From positions 3,639-67,638 of the forward strand of contig CAJFNY010000134.1 in assembly GCA_904395865.1 (NCBI GenBank): DNA of 64,000 bases. The letters run 5' to 3'. The notes beneath the pieces were generated by a model. That model worked only from the letters and a program-made list of their open reading frames with translations. It did no database searches and was not told the DNA's origin. Source of the stretch: an uncultured Oscillospiraceae bacterium (GTDB taxonomy: Bacteria > Bacillota > Clostridia > Oscillospirales > Oscillospiraceae). The position numbers were made by a program, and so were the translations under genes. Every line of letters begins with the position of its first letter. Within the stretch, counting starts at the first letter, position 1. Below, piece after piece: positions 37,384-47,088 of this stretch.

Positions 37384-38805
37384 GTGGTTTTTTCCAGTCT
37401 GATCTTTTTGTATCTGTTTCTGCCGGCCTGCCTGATCCTCTACTTCGCCGGCAAATCCATCTCGTACCGGAACTGGCTCCTGGTGGTTTTCAGCCTGTTC
37501 TTTTACGCCTGGGGCGAGCCGGTCTACGTACTGGTGCTGATGTTCTCGGCGCTGGTCAACTATGGCTTCGGCCGCCTCATCGGTGACGGCGGCCGGAATC
37601 GTCACGCCAGAGCACTGATGATCGCCTCTGTGGTGTTCAACCTGGCGCTGCTGGGGTACTTCAAATATATCGGCTTCCTGGTGGAGAACCTGAATCGGCT
37701 GGGGCTCTCCCTGCCGGTGCCGGACGTGGTGCTGCCCATCGGCATCTCGTTCTACACGTTCCAGACGCTGTCGTACGTCATCGACGTCTACCGCGGCACC
37801 GTGGCGGTGCAGCGGTCATACCGGGACTTCCTGCTGTACGTGGCCCTGTTCCCGCAGCTGATCGCCGGCCCCATCGTCCGCTACTCGGAGATCGAGCCCC
37901 AGATCGCCAAGCGGGAAGTCAAGCTCTCGAGCATCTATTACGGCGTGCTGCGTTTCTGCATCGGCCTGGGCAAGAAGGTCCTGCTGGCCAACTACGCCGG
38001 CAGCGTCGCCACGCAGATGCTCGGCGGAGACCTCTCCTCGGCCACCACCCTGGGCGGCTGGCTCGGCATCCTGATGTATACCTTCCAGATCTACTACGAT
38101 TTCTCCGGCTATTCCGATATGGCCATCGGCCTGGGGCGGATCTTCGGCTTCCGCTACGCGGAGAATTTCAACCTGCCGTATATTTCCAAGTCCATCACGG
38201 AGTTCTGGCGGCGGTGGCACATTTCCCTGGGCAGCTTCTTCCGGGATTACGTCTACATCCCGCTGGGCGGCAACCGGCGCCATCAGGTCGTGAACCTGCT
38301 GGTGGTCTGGGTGCTGACGGGCCTGTGGCACGGCGCCAGCTGGAACTTTGCTCTCTGGGGCTTTTACTTCTTCGTGCTCCTGCTGATCGAAAAGACGTTC
38401 CCCCAGGTGTTCACCAGGATTCCCGGCGTCCTGCGTCAGATCCTGACCTTCTTCCTGGTGGTCATGGGCTGGGTCCTGTTCTACTGCACCGACATGAGCC
38501 GCCTGGGCCAGACCTTCGGACTGCTGTTCGGCTTCTCCGGCGCCGGACTCACCAGCGGGCAGATCAACATCACGCTGCTCAACAACCTGCCGCTGCTGCT
38601 GCTGTGCGCCGTGGGCTGCACCCAGCTGCCGCGGTTCGTGGGAATGCTGTTCAGCGGGCTCTGCGCCGAGGACCGGCGGCGGAAGCCGCGTAAACGGATG
38701 GTCTACGTGGTGGTGCTGTACGTGTTCGATCTGGTGCTGCTGGCCCTGTCCACGATCTCGCTGATCGGCTCCAGCTACAATCCGTTCCTGTATTTCCGCT
38801 TCTGA
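37384..38805 (+). CDS. MBOAT O-acyltransferase (AlgI/PatA-like)
   Basis: LPIGISFYTFQ, FPQLIAGPI, DFSGYSDMAIG, FWRRWHISL, GLWHG, YNPFLYFRF. Confidence 0.95.
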   Translation: MVFSSLIFLYLFLPACLILYFAGKSISYRNWLLVVFSLFFYAWGEPVYVLVLMFSALVNYGFGRLIGDGGRNRHARALMIASVVFNLALLGYFKYIGFLVENLNRLGLSLPVPDVVLPIGISFYTFQTLSYVIDVYRGTVAVQRSYRDFLLYVALFPQLIAGPIVRYSEIEPQIAKREVKLSSIYYGVLRFCIGLGKKVLLANYAGSVATQMLGGDLSSATTLGGWLGILMYTFQIYYDFSGYSDMAIGLGRIFGFRYAENFNLPYISKSITEFWRRWHISLGSFFRDYVYIPLGGNRRHQVVNLLVVWVLTGLWHGASWNFALWGFYFFVLLLIEKTFPQVFTRIPGVLRQILTFFLVVMGWVLFYCTDMSRLGQTFGLLFGFSGAGLTSGQINITLLNNLPLLLLCAVGCTQLPRFVGMLFSGLCAEDRRRKPRKRMVYVVVLYVFDLVLLALSTISLIGSSYNPFLYFRF

Positions 38806-38817
38806 GGAGGGAATCCG

Positions 38818-40227
38818 TTGAAAAAGCTGTATCTCGGCCTCATGGGCTCCCTGGTGGCGATCATGGCGGCCCTGGGCATTCTCTCCCTGGTGGACACGAA
38901 CCCGACCATGTCGACGGAGAACCGGCCGCTCACGCCGCCGGAGTTTTCCTGGAGCGGCCTGGCGGACGCCTCCTACCTGCAGGAGGTGGAGAATTATTAC
39001 GCAGACACCTTCCCGTTCCGGGAGCAGCTGATGGGCCTGAACCGGCTGCTGAACCGCTTCTACTATTATTCCGGAACGGACAACTATCTGGCCATCGACT
39101 TTGCCGGCGGCGCCGAGCAGGGCGGCGAATCCCTCCACGATGTGGAAAACGCGCTCAACGGCGGCCAGCCCGACTCGGAGAGTACGCCGCCGACGGACGG
39201 CGGCGACACCCCGGCTGACCAGACGGGCTCCACGCCGGACGCCGAGCAGACGCCGCCTGAGGAGACGGAGGACCCGCCGGAGCTGGACGTGCCCGACGAG
39301 TCCCAGGCGACGGGCATCGGCACGGTCATCGTCGTCGGCGACAACGCCATGGACATCCCCACGGCCACCGATTCTGTCATCGTCTCCTACGCCGATGCCG
39401 TCAGCCAGATTGCCGCGGCGCTGTCGGGCGTGCGTACGCTCTCTCTGGTGACGCCCAACTCCGGTGAGTTCTATTCGCCGGAGAGCTTCCACACCGGCGC
39501 TCACTCCCAGAAGGACATGATCGACCTCTGCTACTCCAGCATGAGCGACCAGGTCGTCACCGTCGACGCGTACTCCGCGCTGCGGGAGCATGCCGACGAG
39601 TATCTCTACTTCCGCACAGACCACCACTGGACGGCGCTGGGCGCCTACTACGCGTATACCAGCTACTGCGCCGCTGCCGGCTTCGAGCCTGTGCCGCTGG
39701 ATCAGTTCGAGACGGGTACGTACGAGAACTTCCTGGGCACCATGTATACGTATACCGCCCAGTACCCCCAGAGCGAGGCGCTGCGGGAGAACCCCGATAC
39801 CCTGACGTACTACCTGCCGGTGGTGGAGACCCACGCCCGGTATTACTCCGACACGACGCTGTCGGACGGCATTCCCATCAGCGTCGTCTACACGAAGCTC
39901 GACGAGTCGGTCAGCAACAAGTATCTCTGCTTCATCGGCGGCGACACGCCGGTCTGCATCATCGAGACGGCCGTGGAGGACGGTCCGGTGTGCATGGTCA
40001 TCAAGGAGTCGTACGGCAACGCCCTGGTGCCGTTCCTGACGAGCCACTACAGCAAGATCGTCGTCATCGACCCGCGGGAGTTCAACCAGGAGGGGCTTCC
40101 GACCCTGGATTTGCCGCAGTTTGCCGCGGAGCAGGGCGTGGACGACCTGCTGATCGTCAACTATCCGTTCATGATCAACAACAGCTTCTACGTGGACCTG
40201 CTGCTCCGGACGCTGCCGGACGGCTGA
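38818..40227 (+). CDS. DHHW-family protein (AlgJ/PatB-like O-acetyltransferase partner)
   Basis: N-terminal TM, ENR.L..P, D.FPFRE, YFRTDHHWT, IKESYGN. Confidence 0.88.
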   Translation: MKKLYLGLMGSLVAIMAALGILSLVDTNPTMSTENRPLTPPEFSWSGLADASYLQEVENYYADTFPFREQLMGLNRLLNRFYYYSGTDNYLAIDFAGGAEQGGESLHDVENALNGGQPDSESTPPTDGGDTPADQTGSTPDAEQTPPEETEDPPELDVPDESQATGIGTVIVVGDNAMDIPTATDSVIVSYADAVSQIAAALSGVRTLSLVTPNSGEFYSPESFHTGAHSQKDMIDLCYSSMSDQVVTVDAYSALREHADEYLYFRTDHHWTALGAYYAYTSYCAAAGFEPVPLDQFETGTYENFLGTMYTYTAQYPQSEALRENPDTLTYYLPVVETHARYYSDTTLSDGIPISVVYTKLDESVSNKYLCFIGGDTPVCIIETAVEDGPVCMVIKESYGNALVPFLTSHYSKIVVIDPREFNQEGLPTLDLPQFAAEQGVDDLLIVNYPFMINNSFYVDLLLRTLPDG

Positions 40228-40334
40228 ACCGCAGATTTTTCCCCGCCGGGATTGTGCCCCGGCGGGGTTCTTGTGCGATGCAGTTGACACCGTGCCCCGC
40301 GCGATCGGCGTCGATCCTGCCGCTGCGGGAAAGG

Positions 40335-40366
40335 GAAGCGCATCCCCGTCTGTGGGGATGCGCTTC
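40335..40366. terminator. Hairpin between the convergent DHHW and kinase genes
   Basis: GAAGCGCATCCCC/GGGGATGCGCTTC 13-bp stem. Confidence 0.6.
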
Positions 40367-40374
40367 ATCGCTTC

Positions 40375-43098
40375 TTATTGGACGGTGAACTCCCGCGAGG
40401 CCGCGTCCTGGCCGTTGAGGTAGATCCGCAGCGTGTACGTACCGGCCTCCTGCGGCGTCTCGGCCGCTTCGCCGAGGATCAGGTCGCCGGTCCAGAGCTC
40501 GTCCCAGGTGGCCGTGCGGGTACCGGTGGAGACGGGAACGCCGGAGGCGTCCTCGATCACGTAAATCAGCTCCACGGTGTCGTCGCTGGACTCCCGGCCG
40601 GTCAGGCTCTCCAGCGCAAAGACGATGCCGTCGGAGGTGGCGAACGTCGGGTCCGTCATAGTCTGCAGCTGGTTGACGGTCCAGTTCTCGCTGGCGGGCC
40701 GGACGAAGAGGCCCAGGAAGAAGCGGGTCACGCCGTAGCTGCTGAAGGTGCCGGCTGCCGGCATCGCCACCGTGGTGGAGGCGGCGCCGCCCAGCCGCTC
40801 GCCGGTGGCGGTGCGGAGCTCCAGAGTGTACGTTTCACCGGGGATCAGGCCGGTCAGCGTCGTTTCGCTGCCCGTCACGGACACGGTGCTGCTCAGGCCG
40901 GCGCTGCCGCCTTCTACAGAGACCAGCAGCTGCCAGCTGGCTTCGGCCGCGTCGGTCATCCAGGAGACGAGCACCGAGCCGTCCTCCTGCACCGCGGCGG
41001 CCATGGCCGAAACGGTGGCGGCCGTTGGCGTCACCGTCGTAGTGGCCGGCGCAGTCGCGCCCACGGCAGTGACCGAAACGGTGTACGTCTCACCGGCGGT
41101 CAGGCCGGTGAACTCCGCGGCCTGCTCGGTGACGGTCTCCGTCAGGATGGAGCCGTCCGTGCCGGTGCAGGTGACGGACCACTCGTCCGGTACGTACTCA
41201 CCGCAGCTCCAGGTGACGCGGATGGCGTCGGACGCCAGGATCGATGCCTGCAGATCGGAGATTTCCACCTCCGGACCCGTGGAGAACTCCAGGGTGGTCT
41301 GGCCGCTGAGCTGAATGTCCTCGGTGGGCAGCAGCTCAAAGGTGTACGTAAGGCCGTTTTCCAGGCCGGAGATGGTGACGGAGGTGCCGGAGAATACGAC
41401 CTCCTGCGGCTCCGTACCGTCGGCGGAGTACCGGACGGTCCATTCCTCCGGAGCCGGGCCGCTGATGACCAGTGTCAGCTGGGCCTGGCCGGTGGCCGGG
41501 GAGGCGGCGGTGAAACTGACGATCTCCGTGGTGGCCACCGTGGAGAACATGGCGGAGGTGGTGCCCGTCAGCCGCCGGTTGCCGTCGGAGACGACGGTGA
41601 TGGAGTACTGGGTGCCGGGCTCCAGCTCACGGAACGTCACCTCGCCGCCGGTGTAGGCGGCCTCGCGGACGTTGCCGTACGTGTCGGTACACCGGAGGAT
41701 CAGCCGCTCACCGGTACTGCCGGCGTCCACCTGGACGACCAGGTAGTCGGTGCCGCGGTCGGTGGCCTCAATGGAGGTCACATGGATGGCAGGCCCGCCC
41801 AGCACCAGGAAGTAGACGCAGCATGCGATGACTGCTACGGCGACGATCCCGGCCACGATGGGGATCCAGATGCGCCGCCGCTTCCGCGGCTGCCTGGGCG
41901 GCGGCTGCGGGGCCGGGGAGGGCTCCTCCTGATCCGGCAGCGCACTCATCTGCGGGGCCGCGAAGGCCGGCTCACCCGGCGGACCGCCCGGCGGTGCCGG
42001 CGGCTCCTCCGGAAGCAGGTCCTCGGCGCTGCCGTGGCTCTGGGTGTCCGGCGAGAAGCTCTGGACGAATTCCTCGTCCATCTCCTCCACGTCGGCGAAG
42101 CGGACCGGCTCCACCTCCTCCTCCAGCTCCTCACGGGTCAGGACGATGTCGGAGTCGGTGATGATGGGCGGGACGATCAGCGAATCCGTGACGCTGTTGC
42201 GCTTCATGTAGAGCACCAGCTCCTGCATCAGCTCCTCCGGCGTCTGGAAGCGGTCCTCCGGCCGGAAGGCGCAGGCCTTCAGGAGGATCTCCGTCAGCTC
42301 GTAGTCGCAGTACAGGGGAGCCGGCAGCGGCTCGCCGCTGATGCGCCGCTTGTTGGCAGCCTTGGGGGACGTCTTTTCGTCCTCAAAGGGGCCGTGGTTG
42401 CCGTTGAGAATCCGGTAGAGCACCATGCCGATGGAGTAGATGTCGATGGTGGTGTTGATGGGATTCAGGATGTCCATCAGCTCCGGGGCGGTATACTCCG
42501 TAATCATCCGCTCCGGCATGGAGCAGTACTTGAGGTTGTCGATGCGCGCCACGCCCAGGTCGCCGAGCATGAAGCCATTGAGTCCGTTGAGGTAGATGTT
42601 TTCCGGCTTGATGTCCCGGTGGATCAGCCCGTGGGTGCGCAGGTCGCAGAGCGCCGTGCAGAGGTCCAGCCCCAGGTTCAGCGCCTTCAGGTGCGTCATG
42701 GCGTTCTCGTGGAGGTACTCCACCAGCGTCTGCCAGTGCTCGGAGAGCAGGTAGATCTCGAAGCCGATGCCTTCCTCCTTGGGGCAGACCTGGTAGTCCA
42801 GATACGTGGCGAAGTTGGCGCTGCTGCGCAGCATGTCCAGGTCCGCCAGCTCGTCCTTGTAATCCTCCACCAGCTGCTCATAGTAGTGCTGCGCCGCCTC
42901 CTCGTCCGCCGCTGCACCGGTGAAGAGCAGCGCGTCCACCTGGGTCTGGGACTCCGGGATGGAGATGTGCTTGAGCACATACGTCTGACCGTTCCGGCTG
43001 CTCCGGAGCAGGTAGACGGAGACGCCGCTGCCGTCTGCCAGGCAGGAAACGACCTCCATGCCGTCCAGCAGCGGGGATATGAGCTTCAGTTCAGGCAA
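40375..43098 (-). CDS. Hanks-type Ser/Thr kinase with TM helix and four FN3-like extracellular repeats
   Basis: VLKH, HRDIKPEN, GDLG, YTAPE, DIYSIG; TM IWIPIVAG...; repeats ELEPGTQY, GLENGLTY, GLTAGETY, GLIPGETY. Confidence 0.85.
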   Translation of the reverse strand: MPELKLISPLLDGMEVVSCLADGSGVSVYLLRSSRNGQTYVLKHISIPESQTQVDALLFTGAAADEEAAQHYYEQLVEDYKDELADLDMLRSSANFATYLDYQVCPKEEGIGFEIYLLSEHWQTLVEYLHENAMTHLKALNLGLDLCTALCDLRTHGLIHRDIKPENIYLNGLNGFMLGDLGVARIDNLKYCSMPERMITEYTAPELMDILNPINTTIDIYSIGMVLYRILNGNHGPFEDEKTSPKAANKRRISGEPLPAPLYCDYELTEILLKACAFRPEDRFQTPEELMQELVLYMKRNSVTDSLIVPPIITDSDIVLTREELEEEVEPVRFADVEEMDEEFVQSFSPDTQSHGSAEDLLPEEPPAPPGGPPGEPAFAAPQMSALPDQEEPSPAPQPPPRQPRKRRRIWIPIVAGIVAVAVIACCVYFLVLGGPAIHVTSIEATDRGTDYLVVQVDAGSTGERLILRCTDTYGNVREAAYTGGEVTFRELEPGTQYSITVVSDGNRRLTGTTSAMFSTVATTEIVSFTAASPATGQAQLTLVISGPAPEEWTVRYSADGTEPQEVVFSGTSVTISGLENGLTYTFELLPTEDIQLSGQTTLEFSTGPEVEISDLQASILASDAIRVTWSCGEYVPDEWSVTCTGTDGSILTETVTEQAAEFTGLTAGETYTVSVTAVGATAPATTTVTPTAATVSAMAAAVQEDGSVLVSWMTDAAEASWQLLVSVEGGSAGLSSTVSVTGSETTLTGLIPGETYTLELRTATGERLGGAASTTVAMPAAGTFSSYGVTRFFLGLFVRPASENWTVNQLQTMTDPTFATSDGIVFALESLTGRESSDDTVELIYVIEDASGVPVSTGTRTATWDELWTGDLILGEAAETPQEAGTYTLRIYLNGQDAASREFTVQ

Positions 43099-43148
43099 TC
43101 ACAACCGCCTCCTTGTATCGGGGAATCTTTCGCGCCCGGGCGCCGGCT

Positions 43149-43943
43149 TCAGACCAGCGCCGTCTCGCCCTCGTAGACCGTCACGGCAGGGCCAGTCATG
43201 ACCGCCGTGTGATCCGGGGCAATCCGGATCTGGAGCGGCCCGCCGTCCAGCAGGACCGTGATGGGCGTGTCGTACCGGCAGAAGCCGCGGGCGATGGCGG
43301 CGGCCACGCTGGCGCAGGCACCGGTGCCGCAGGCCATGGTGACGCCGCTGCCCCGCTCCCAGACGCGCATGCGCAGCTCCGTCTCGCTGCAGACCTGCAC
43401 GAACTCGACGTTGACGCCGTCCGGGAACGCCGCGTGGCGCTCCAGCACCGGCCCCAGGGTCGTCAGCGGGGCGGCTTCCATGTCCTCCACGAACAGGACC
43501 GCGTGGGGGTTGCCCACCGAAACCGGCGTAACCGTCACCGAACGGCCGCCGGCGGAGAGCGTCTGCTCCGGGGCGGGAACAGCCGGCCCCATGTCCACCG
43601 TGACCGTGTCCACACAGCCGTCCGCCACGTGGAGAAGCAGCGTGCGGATGCCGGACAGAGTCTCAATTTTCAGCCGGGTCCTGTCGGTATAGCCCTTGTC
43701 ATAGACGTATTTGCCCACACAGCGGATGCCGTTGCCGCACATCCTGGCTTCACTGCCGTCTGCATTGAAGATCCGCATTTTGAAGTCGGCGATATCGGAG
43801 GGGGAGATCCAGATCATCCCGTCGGAACCGGCGCCGAAATGGCGGTCCGAGAGCAGCCGGGACGTCCCGGCCGGATCCTTCGGCTCGCCAAAGACGTAGA
43901 GATAGTCGTTGCCGAGGCCGTGCATTTTCGTGAACTTCAACAT
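43149..43943 (-). CDS. dapF: Diaminopimelate epimerase
   Basis: KMHGLGNDY, MCGNGIRC, GNPH, ERGSG.TMACGTG. Confidence 0.96.
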   Translation of the reverse strand: MLKFTKMHGLGNDYLYVFGEPKDPAGTSRLLSDRHFGAGSDGMIWISPSDIADFKMRIFNADGSEARMCGNGIRCVGKYVYDKGYTDRTRLKIETLSGIRTLLLHVADGCVDTVTVDMGPAVPAPEQTLSAGGRSVTVTPVSVGNPHAVLFVEDMEAAPLTTLGPVLERHAAFPDGVNVEFVQVCSETELRMRVWERGSGVTMACGTGACASVAAAIARGFCRYDTPITVLLDGGPLQIRIAPDHTAVMTGPAVTVYEGETALV

Positions 43944-43990
43944 CGGTTCTCACATCCCATCTGCGGTATCGCACACCGCCGCACATCCGT

Positions 43991-44077
43991 ATTTTATGTC
44001 ATCTTCCGGCAAAATGCAAGATCCTTTCACGGCTGCCACGATTCCCCATTGGAATTTGCGGGAATCTGTGGTAAAAT
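43991..44077. promoter_or_regulatory. Divergent SigA-type promoters (dapF on -, zinc-ribbon gene on +)
   Basis: Minus strand TTGCAT-17-TAAAAT (44019-43991); plus strand TTGGAA-17-TAAAAT with TG (44049-44077). Confidence 0.55.
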
Positions 44078-44142
44078 ACCCGCGACGACAAAAAGCGACT
44101 GGCGCGCCGCCGGAGCGGTGCGCCTGGGAATAGGAGGAACTT

Positions 44143-45393
44143 ATGGCCCGCATCATCTGCGATTACTGCGGAACGGAATACGACGATACCGAACAGCGCT
44201 GCCCCCTTTGCGGCAGCATCCAGGAGGACCAGAGCGCCGCGGAGGTGGACCTGCCGCTGCTGGACGACCTGCCGTCGGAGCGCCGGAGCGCCGGAGGCCG
44301 TGCGTCCGCCGGCCGCCGCGAGTCCGCCGGATCCCGGCAGGAGGACAGAGCGCCGCAGCGGGAACGCGCCGGCAGCAGGCGCCGGAAGGGAGCGCGCCAG
44401 GAGGACCGCGGAGACCGGATTCCCCGCGGCCTCAGCATCCTGATTTGCGTCATTCTGGGCATCGCGGTGGTCATCGGCGCCCTGTACGCGCTGTACGCCG
44501 TGGGCGTCTTTTCGCCCAAGCAGGAGCCGGACGACACCTCGCTGAACCTGCCCATTGAGGAAGAGGATGCCGCACAGACCGGTGACACCTCCGGCGCCGA
44601 CGAGGATGCCGATCCGAATGCCGGCACGCCCACGGAGGTCCTCTGCACCGGACTGACCGTCAGCCCGGCTTCGGTGCGGATGAACGCGGCCGGCATCTCC
44701 ACCGTCGTCACCGCCACGGCAGAGCCGGTCGGCTGCACCGAGACCATCACCTGGACCTCCTCGGATCCTTCCATCTGCACGGTGGACAGCCAGGGCGTCA
44801 TCACGGCGGTGGACGGCGGCACAGCCACCGTCACGGCCGCCTGCGGCAGCTTCACGGCGGAGGTGGAGGTCAACTGCGACTTCTCCAACAGCCAGGAGAA
44901 CAACGCCTATCTCAGCGTCACGGATTTCACGCTGTTCTCTGCTGGCGGGCAGGCCACCATCCAGGTGCTCGATGCGCCGGACGGCGCGACCATCACATGG
45001 AGCACGTCGGACGCCAGCGTCTGCACCGTCACCAACGGTGAGGTCACGGCGGTGGGCGGCGGCACGGCCACCGTTACGGCCACGGTCAACGATAAGGAGC
45101 TGGAGTGCATCGTCCGCTGCAGCTTCACCACGGTGAACCGCCCCGACGAGGGCACGGCGGAGAATACGCCCGGCTCCGGCTACCAGCTGGACCACACCGA
45201 TGTGACGCTGAACGTGGGCGAGAGCTTCGAGATCTCGGTGGTGGACGGGGTCTCCGGCGGCTGGAACGTCAGCGACGCCTCGGTCATCTCCGTGGACGGC
45301 AACGGCATCGTCACGGCGCTGGCCTCCGGAACGGCCACGGTCTACACGATCCTCGGCGGCGAGCGCCTGGAGTGCATCGTCCGCGTGCCGTGA
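44143..45393 (+). CDS. Zinc-ribbon / TM / bacterial Ig-like (Big_2) repeat membrane protein
   Basis: CDYC..CPLC N-terminus, Arg-rich linker, TM, three W(T/S)(S/T)SD.S.CTV...G..TA..GGTATV-type units. Confidence 0.82.
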   Translation: MARIICDYCGTEYDDTEQRCPLCGSIQEDQSAAEVDLPLLDDLPSERRSAGGRASAGRRESAGSRQEDRAPQRERAGSRRRKGARQEDRGDRIPRGLSILICVILGIAVVIGALYALYAVGVFSPKQEPDDTSLNLPIEEEDAAQTGDTSGADEDADPNAGTPTEVLCTGLTVSPASVRMNAAGISTVVTATAEPVGCTETITWTSSDPSICTVDSQGVITAVDGGTATVTAACGSFTAEVEVNCDFSNSQENNAYLSVTDFTLFSAGGQATIQVLDAPDGATITWSTSDASVCTVTNGEVTAVGGGTATVTATVNDKELECIVRCSFTTVNRPDEGTAENTPGSGYQLDHTDVTLNVGESFEISVVDGVSGGWNVSDASVISVDGNGIVTALASGTATVYTILGGERLECIVRVP

Positions 45394-45411
45394 GACGGAT
45401 GCAGATATGGA

Positions 45412-45449
45412 ATTCCGGGCGGATGGGTCTCCATCCGCCCGGAATGTTT
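45412..45449. terminator. Terminator between convergent genes
   Basis: ATTCCGGGCGGATGG/CCATCCGCCCGGAAT 15-bp stem. Confidence 0.75.
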
Positions 45450-45673
45450 CAGGTTGCCGGCCGGTGCTGTACGTCCGTGTCCCGGTGCGTCCCGCGCTTG
45501 AACAGCAGGGAGATGCACCAGAGGCCGGCCAGGGCGACGATGCCGTAGATCACGCGGCTGAGCCACGCCGTTTGCCCGCCGCAGAGCCATGCGACCAGGT
45601 CGAACTGAAACACGCTGACCAGGCCCCAGTTGATGGCACCTACGATGGTGAGAATCAACGCTGCAGTATCCAT
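45449..45673 (-). CDS. DUF378 family small membrane protein (YuzA-like)
   Basis: ALILTIVGAINWGL..F.FDLVA..SRVIYGIV.LAG; AGGAGG RBS. Confidence 0.88.
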   Translation of the reverse strand: MDTAALILTIVGAINWGLVSVFQFDLVAWLCGGQTAWLSRVIYGIVALAGLWCISLLFKRGTHRDTDVQHRPAT

Positions 45674-45702
45674 TGTCTATCCTCCTATCCTCCGGATGGC
45701 CG

Positions 45703-45732
45703 TAGTATGCGCGCCGGACTGGACAATTATGC
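45703..45732 (-). promoter_or_regulatory. SigG-type forespore promoter of the DUF378 gene
   Basis: GCATA-18-CATACTA, matching the SigG consensus. Confidence 0.75.
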
Positions 45733-45832
45733 GCGTTTTTTCTCGTGCGGGGCTTTTTGTTTGCGGCGCTTTGTGGTAAAATGACAAAAATGCCTTCTGG
45801 CAAAACTGTTGGAAACTGGATGTGAGAACCGA

Positions 45833-47086
45833 ATGAAATATCTGCTCGTCATAGGAGACGGCATGGCGGACAATCCCGTGCCGGAGCTGGGCGGCAAGAC
45901 GCCGCTGGAAACTGCGAGGAAGCCGCAGATCGACGCGCTGTCGGCCCGCTCGCTGCTGGGCAGCGTCCGGACGGTGCCGCCCGGGATGCCGCCGGGCAGC
46001 GACACGGCCATCCTCTCCATCTTCGGCTGCGATCCGCGGAAATACTTCACCGGCCGGAGCCCGCTGGAGGCTGCCGGCTGCGGCATCTCCGTGCCCCCGG
46101 GGGAGGTCAGCTACCGCTGCAACATGGTGGCGCTGGAGGACGGGGACCAGCCCTTCGGCGAGAAGGCCATCCTCTCCCACAATGCCGGCTCCATTGACGG
46201 GGAGGACTCCGTGGCAGTCATCACCTGGCTGTGCGCCGATCCGGAGTTCCGTGCGGCGGCCGATGCCCTGCGGCTGCGCGTGGAGCCGACGCCGTCCTTC
46301 CGGCACATCGCCATCCAGGCCGGCGGAGATACGGCCGGCATGGAGGCCACGCCGCCCCACGACATTCTCGGCCGCAAGATCGGGCCGTACGCGCTCCGCG
46401 GCAACGACAACGCCGACCGTCTCTGGCAGCTGATGGCCCTGGCCAACCGCCGCCTGGAGCACCATCCGTACAACGAGCGCCGCCGGGCCGCCGGCCTGCT
46501 GCCGGCCAACGGCATCTGGTTCTGGGCCGAGGGCACGGCCGTGCAGCTGCCCAGCTTCCGCGAGGCGCACCACAGGACCGGCTCGGTCATCAGCGCCGTC
46601 CCGCTGGTGCACGGCATCGGCGCCCTGGTGGGGCTGAACATGGTCCACGTGGAGGGGGCCACCGGCGAGACCGAGACGAACTACGAGGGGAAGGTCCAGG
46701 CGGCGCTGGACTGCCTGGCGCGCGGCGACGACTTCGTCTGCGTCCACGTGGAGGCCCCCGACGAGGCGACCCACAACGGCAAGCTGGACGAGAAGCTGCT
46801 GTCCATCGAGTACCTGGACCGGCGCGTCGTCGGCCCCCTGGTGGAGCGCCTGACGGCCGCCGGCGTGGACTTCCGGCTGCTGCTGCTCAGCGACCATAAG
46901 ACGCTCATGTCCACCCGTACCCACGACGGCGACCCGGTGCCGTTTCTGCTCTACGACAGCACCCGGCCGCAGTCCGCCGGCCTTGCCTACACCGAGGCCA
47001 ACGGTGAGAAGGGCCCGTTCGTGTCAGAGGGCACGGCGCTGATGCGCCTGCTGTTTGAGGAGACCACACCAGGAAAGGAAGGGTAA
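45833..47086 (+). CDS. apgM: Cofactor-independent phosphoglycerate mutase, ApgM (archaeal-like) type
   Basis: GDGMAD, TPLE.A..P, GSDTA, GRSPLEA, HVEAPDEATH, SDH.T, THDGDPVP. Confidence 0.88.
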   Translation: MKYLLVIGDGMADNPVPELGGKTPLETARKPQIDALSARSLLGSVRTVPPGMPPGSDTAILSIFGCDPRKYFTGRSPLEAAGCGISVPPGEVSYRCNMVALEDGDQPFGEKAILSHNAGSIDGEDSVAVITWLCADPEFRAAADALRLRVEPTPSFRHIAIQAGGDTAGMEATPPHDILGRKIGPYALRGNDNADRLWQLMALANRRLEHHPYNERRRAAGLLPANGIWFWAEGTAVQLPSFREAHHRTGSVISAVPLVHGIGALVGLNMVHVEGATGETETNYEGKVQAALDCLARGDDFVCVHVEAPDEATHNGKLDEKLLSIEYLDRRVVGPLVERLTAAGVDFRLLLLSDHKTLMSTRTHDGDPVPFLLYDSTRPQSAGLAYTEANGEKGPFVSEGTALMRLLFEETTPGKEG

Positions 47087-47088
47087 CC

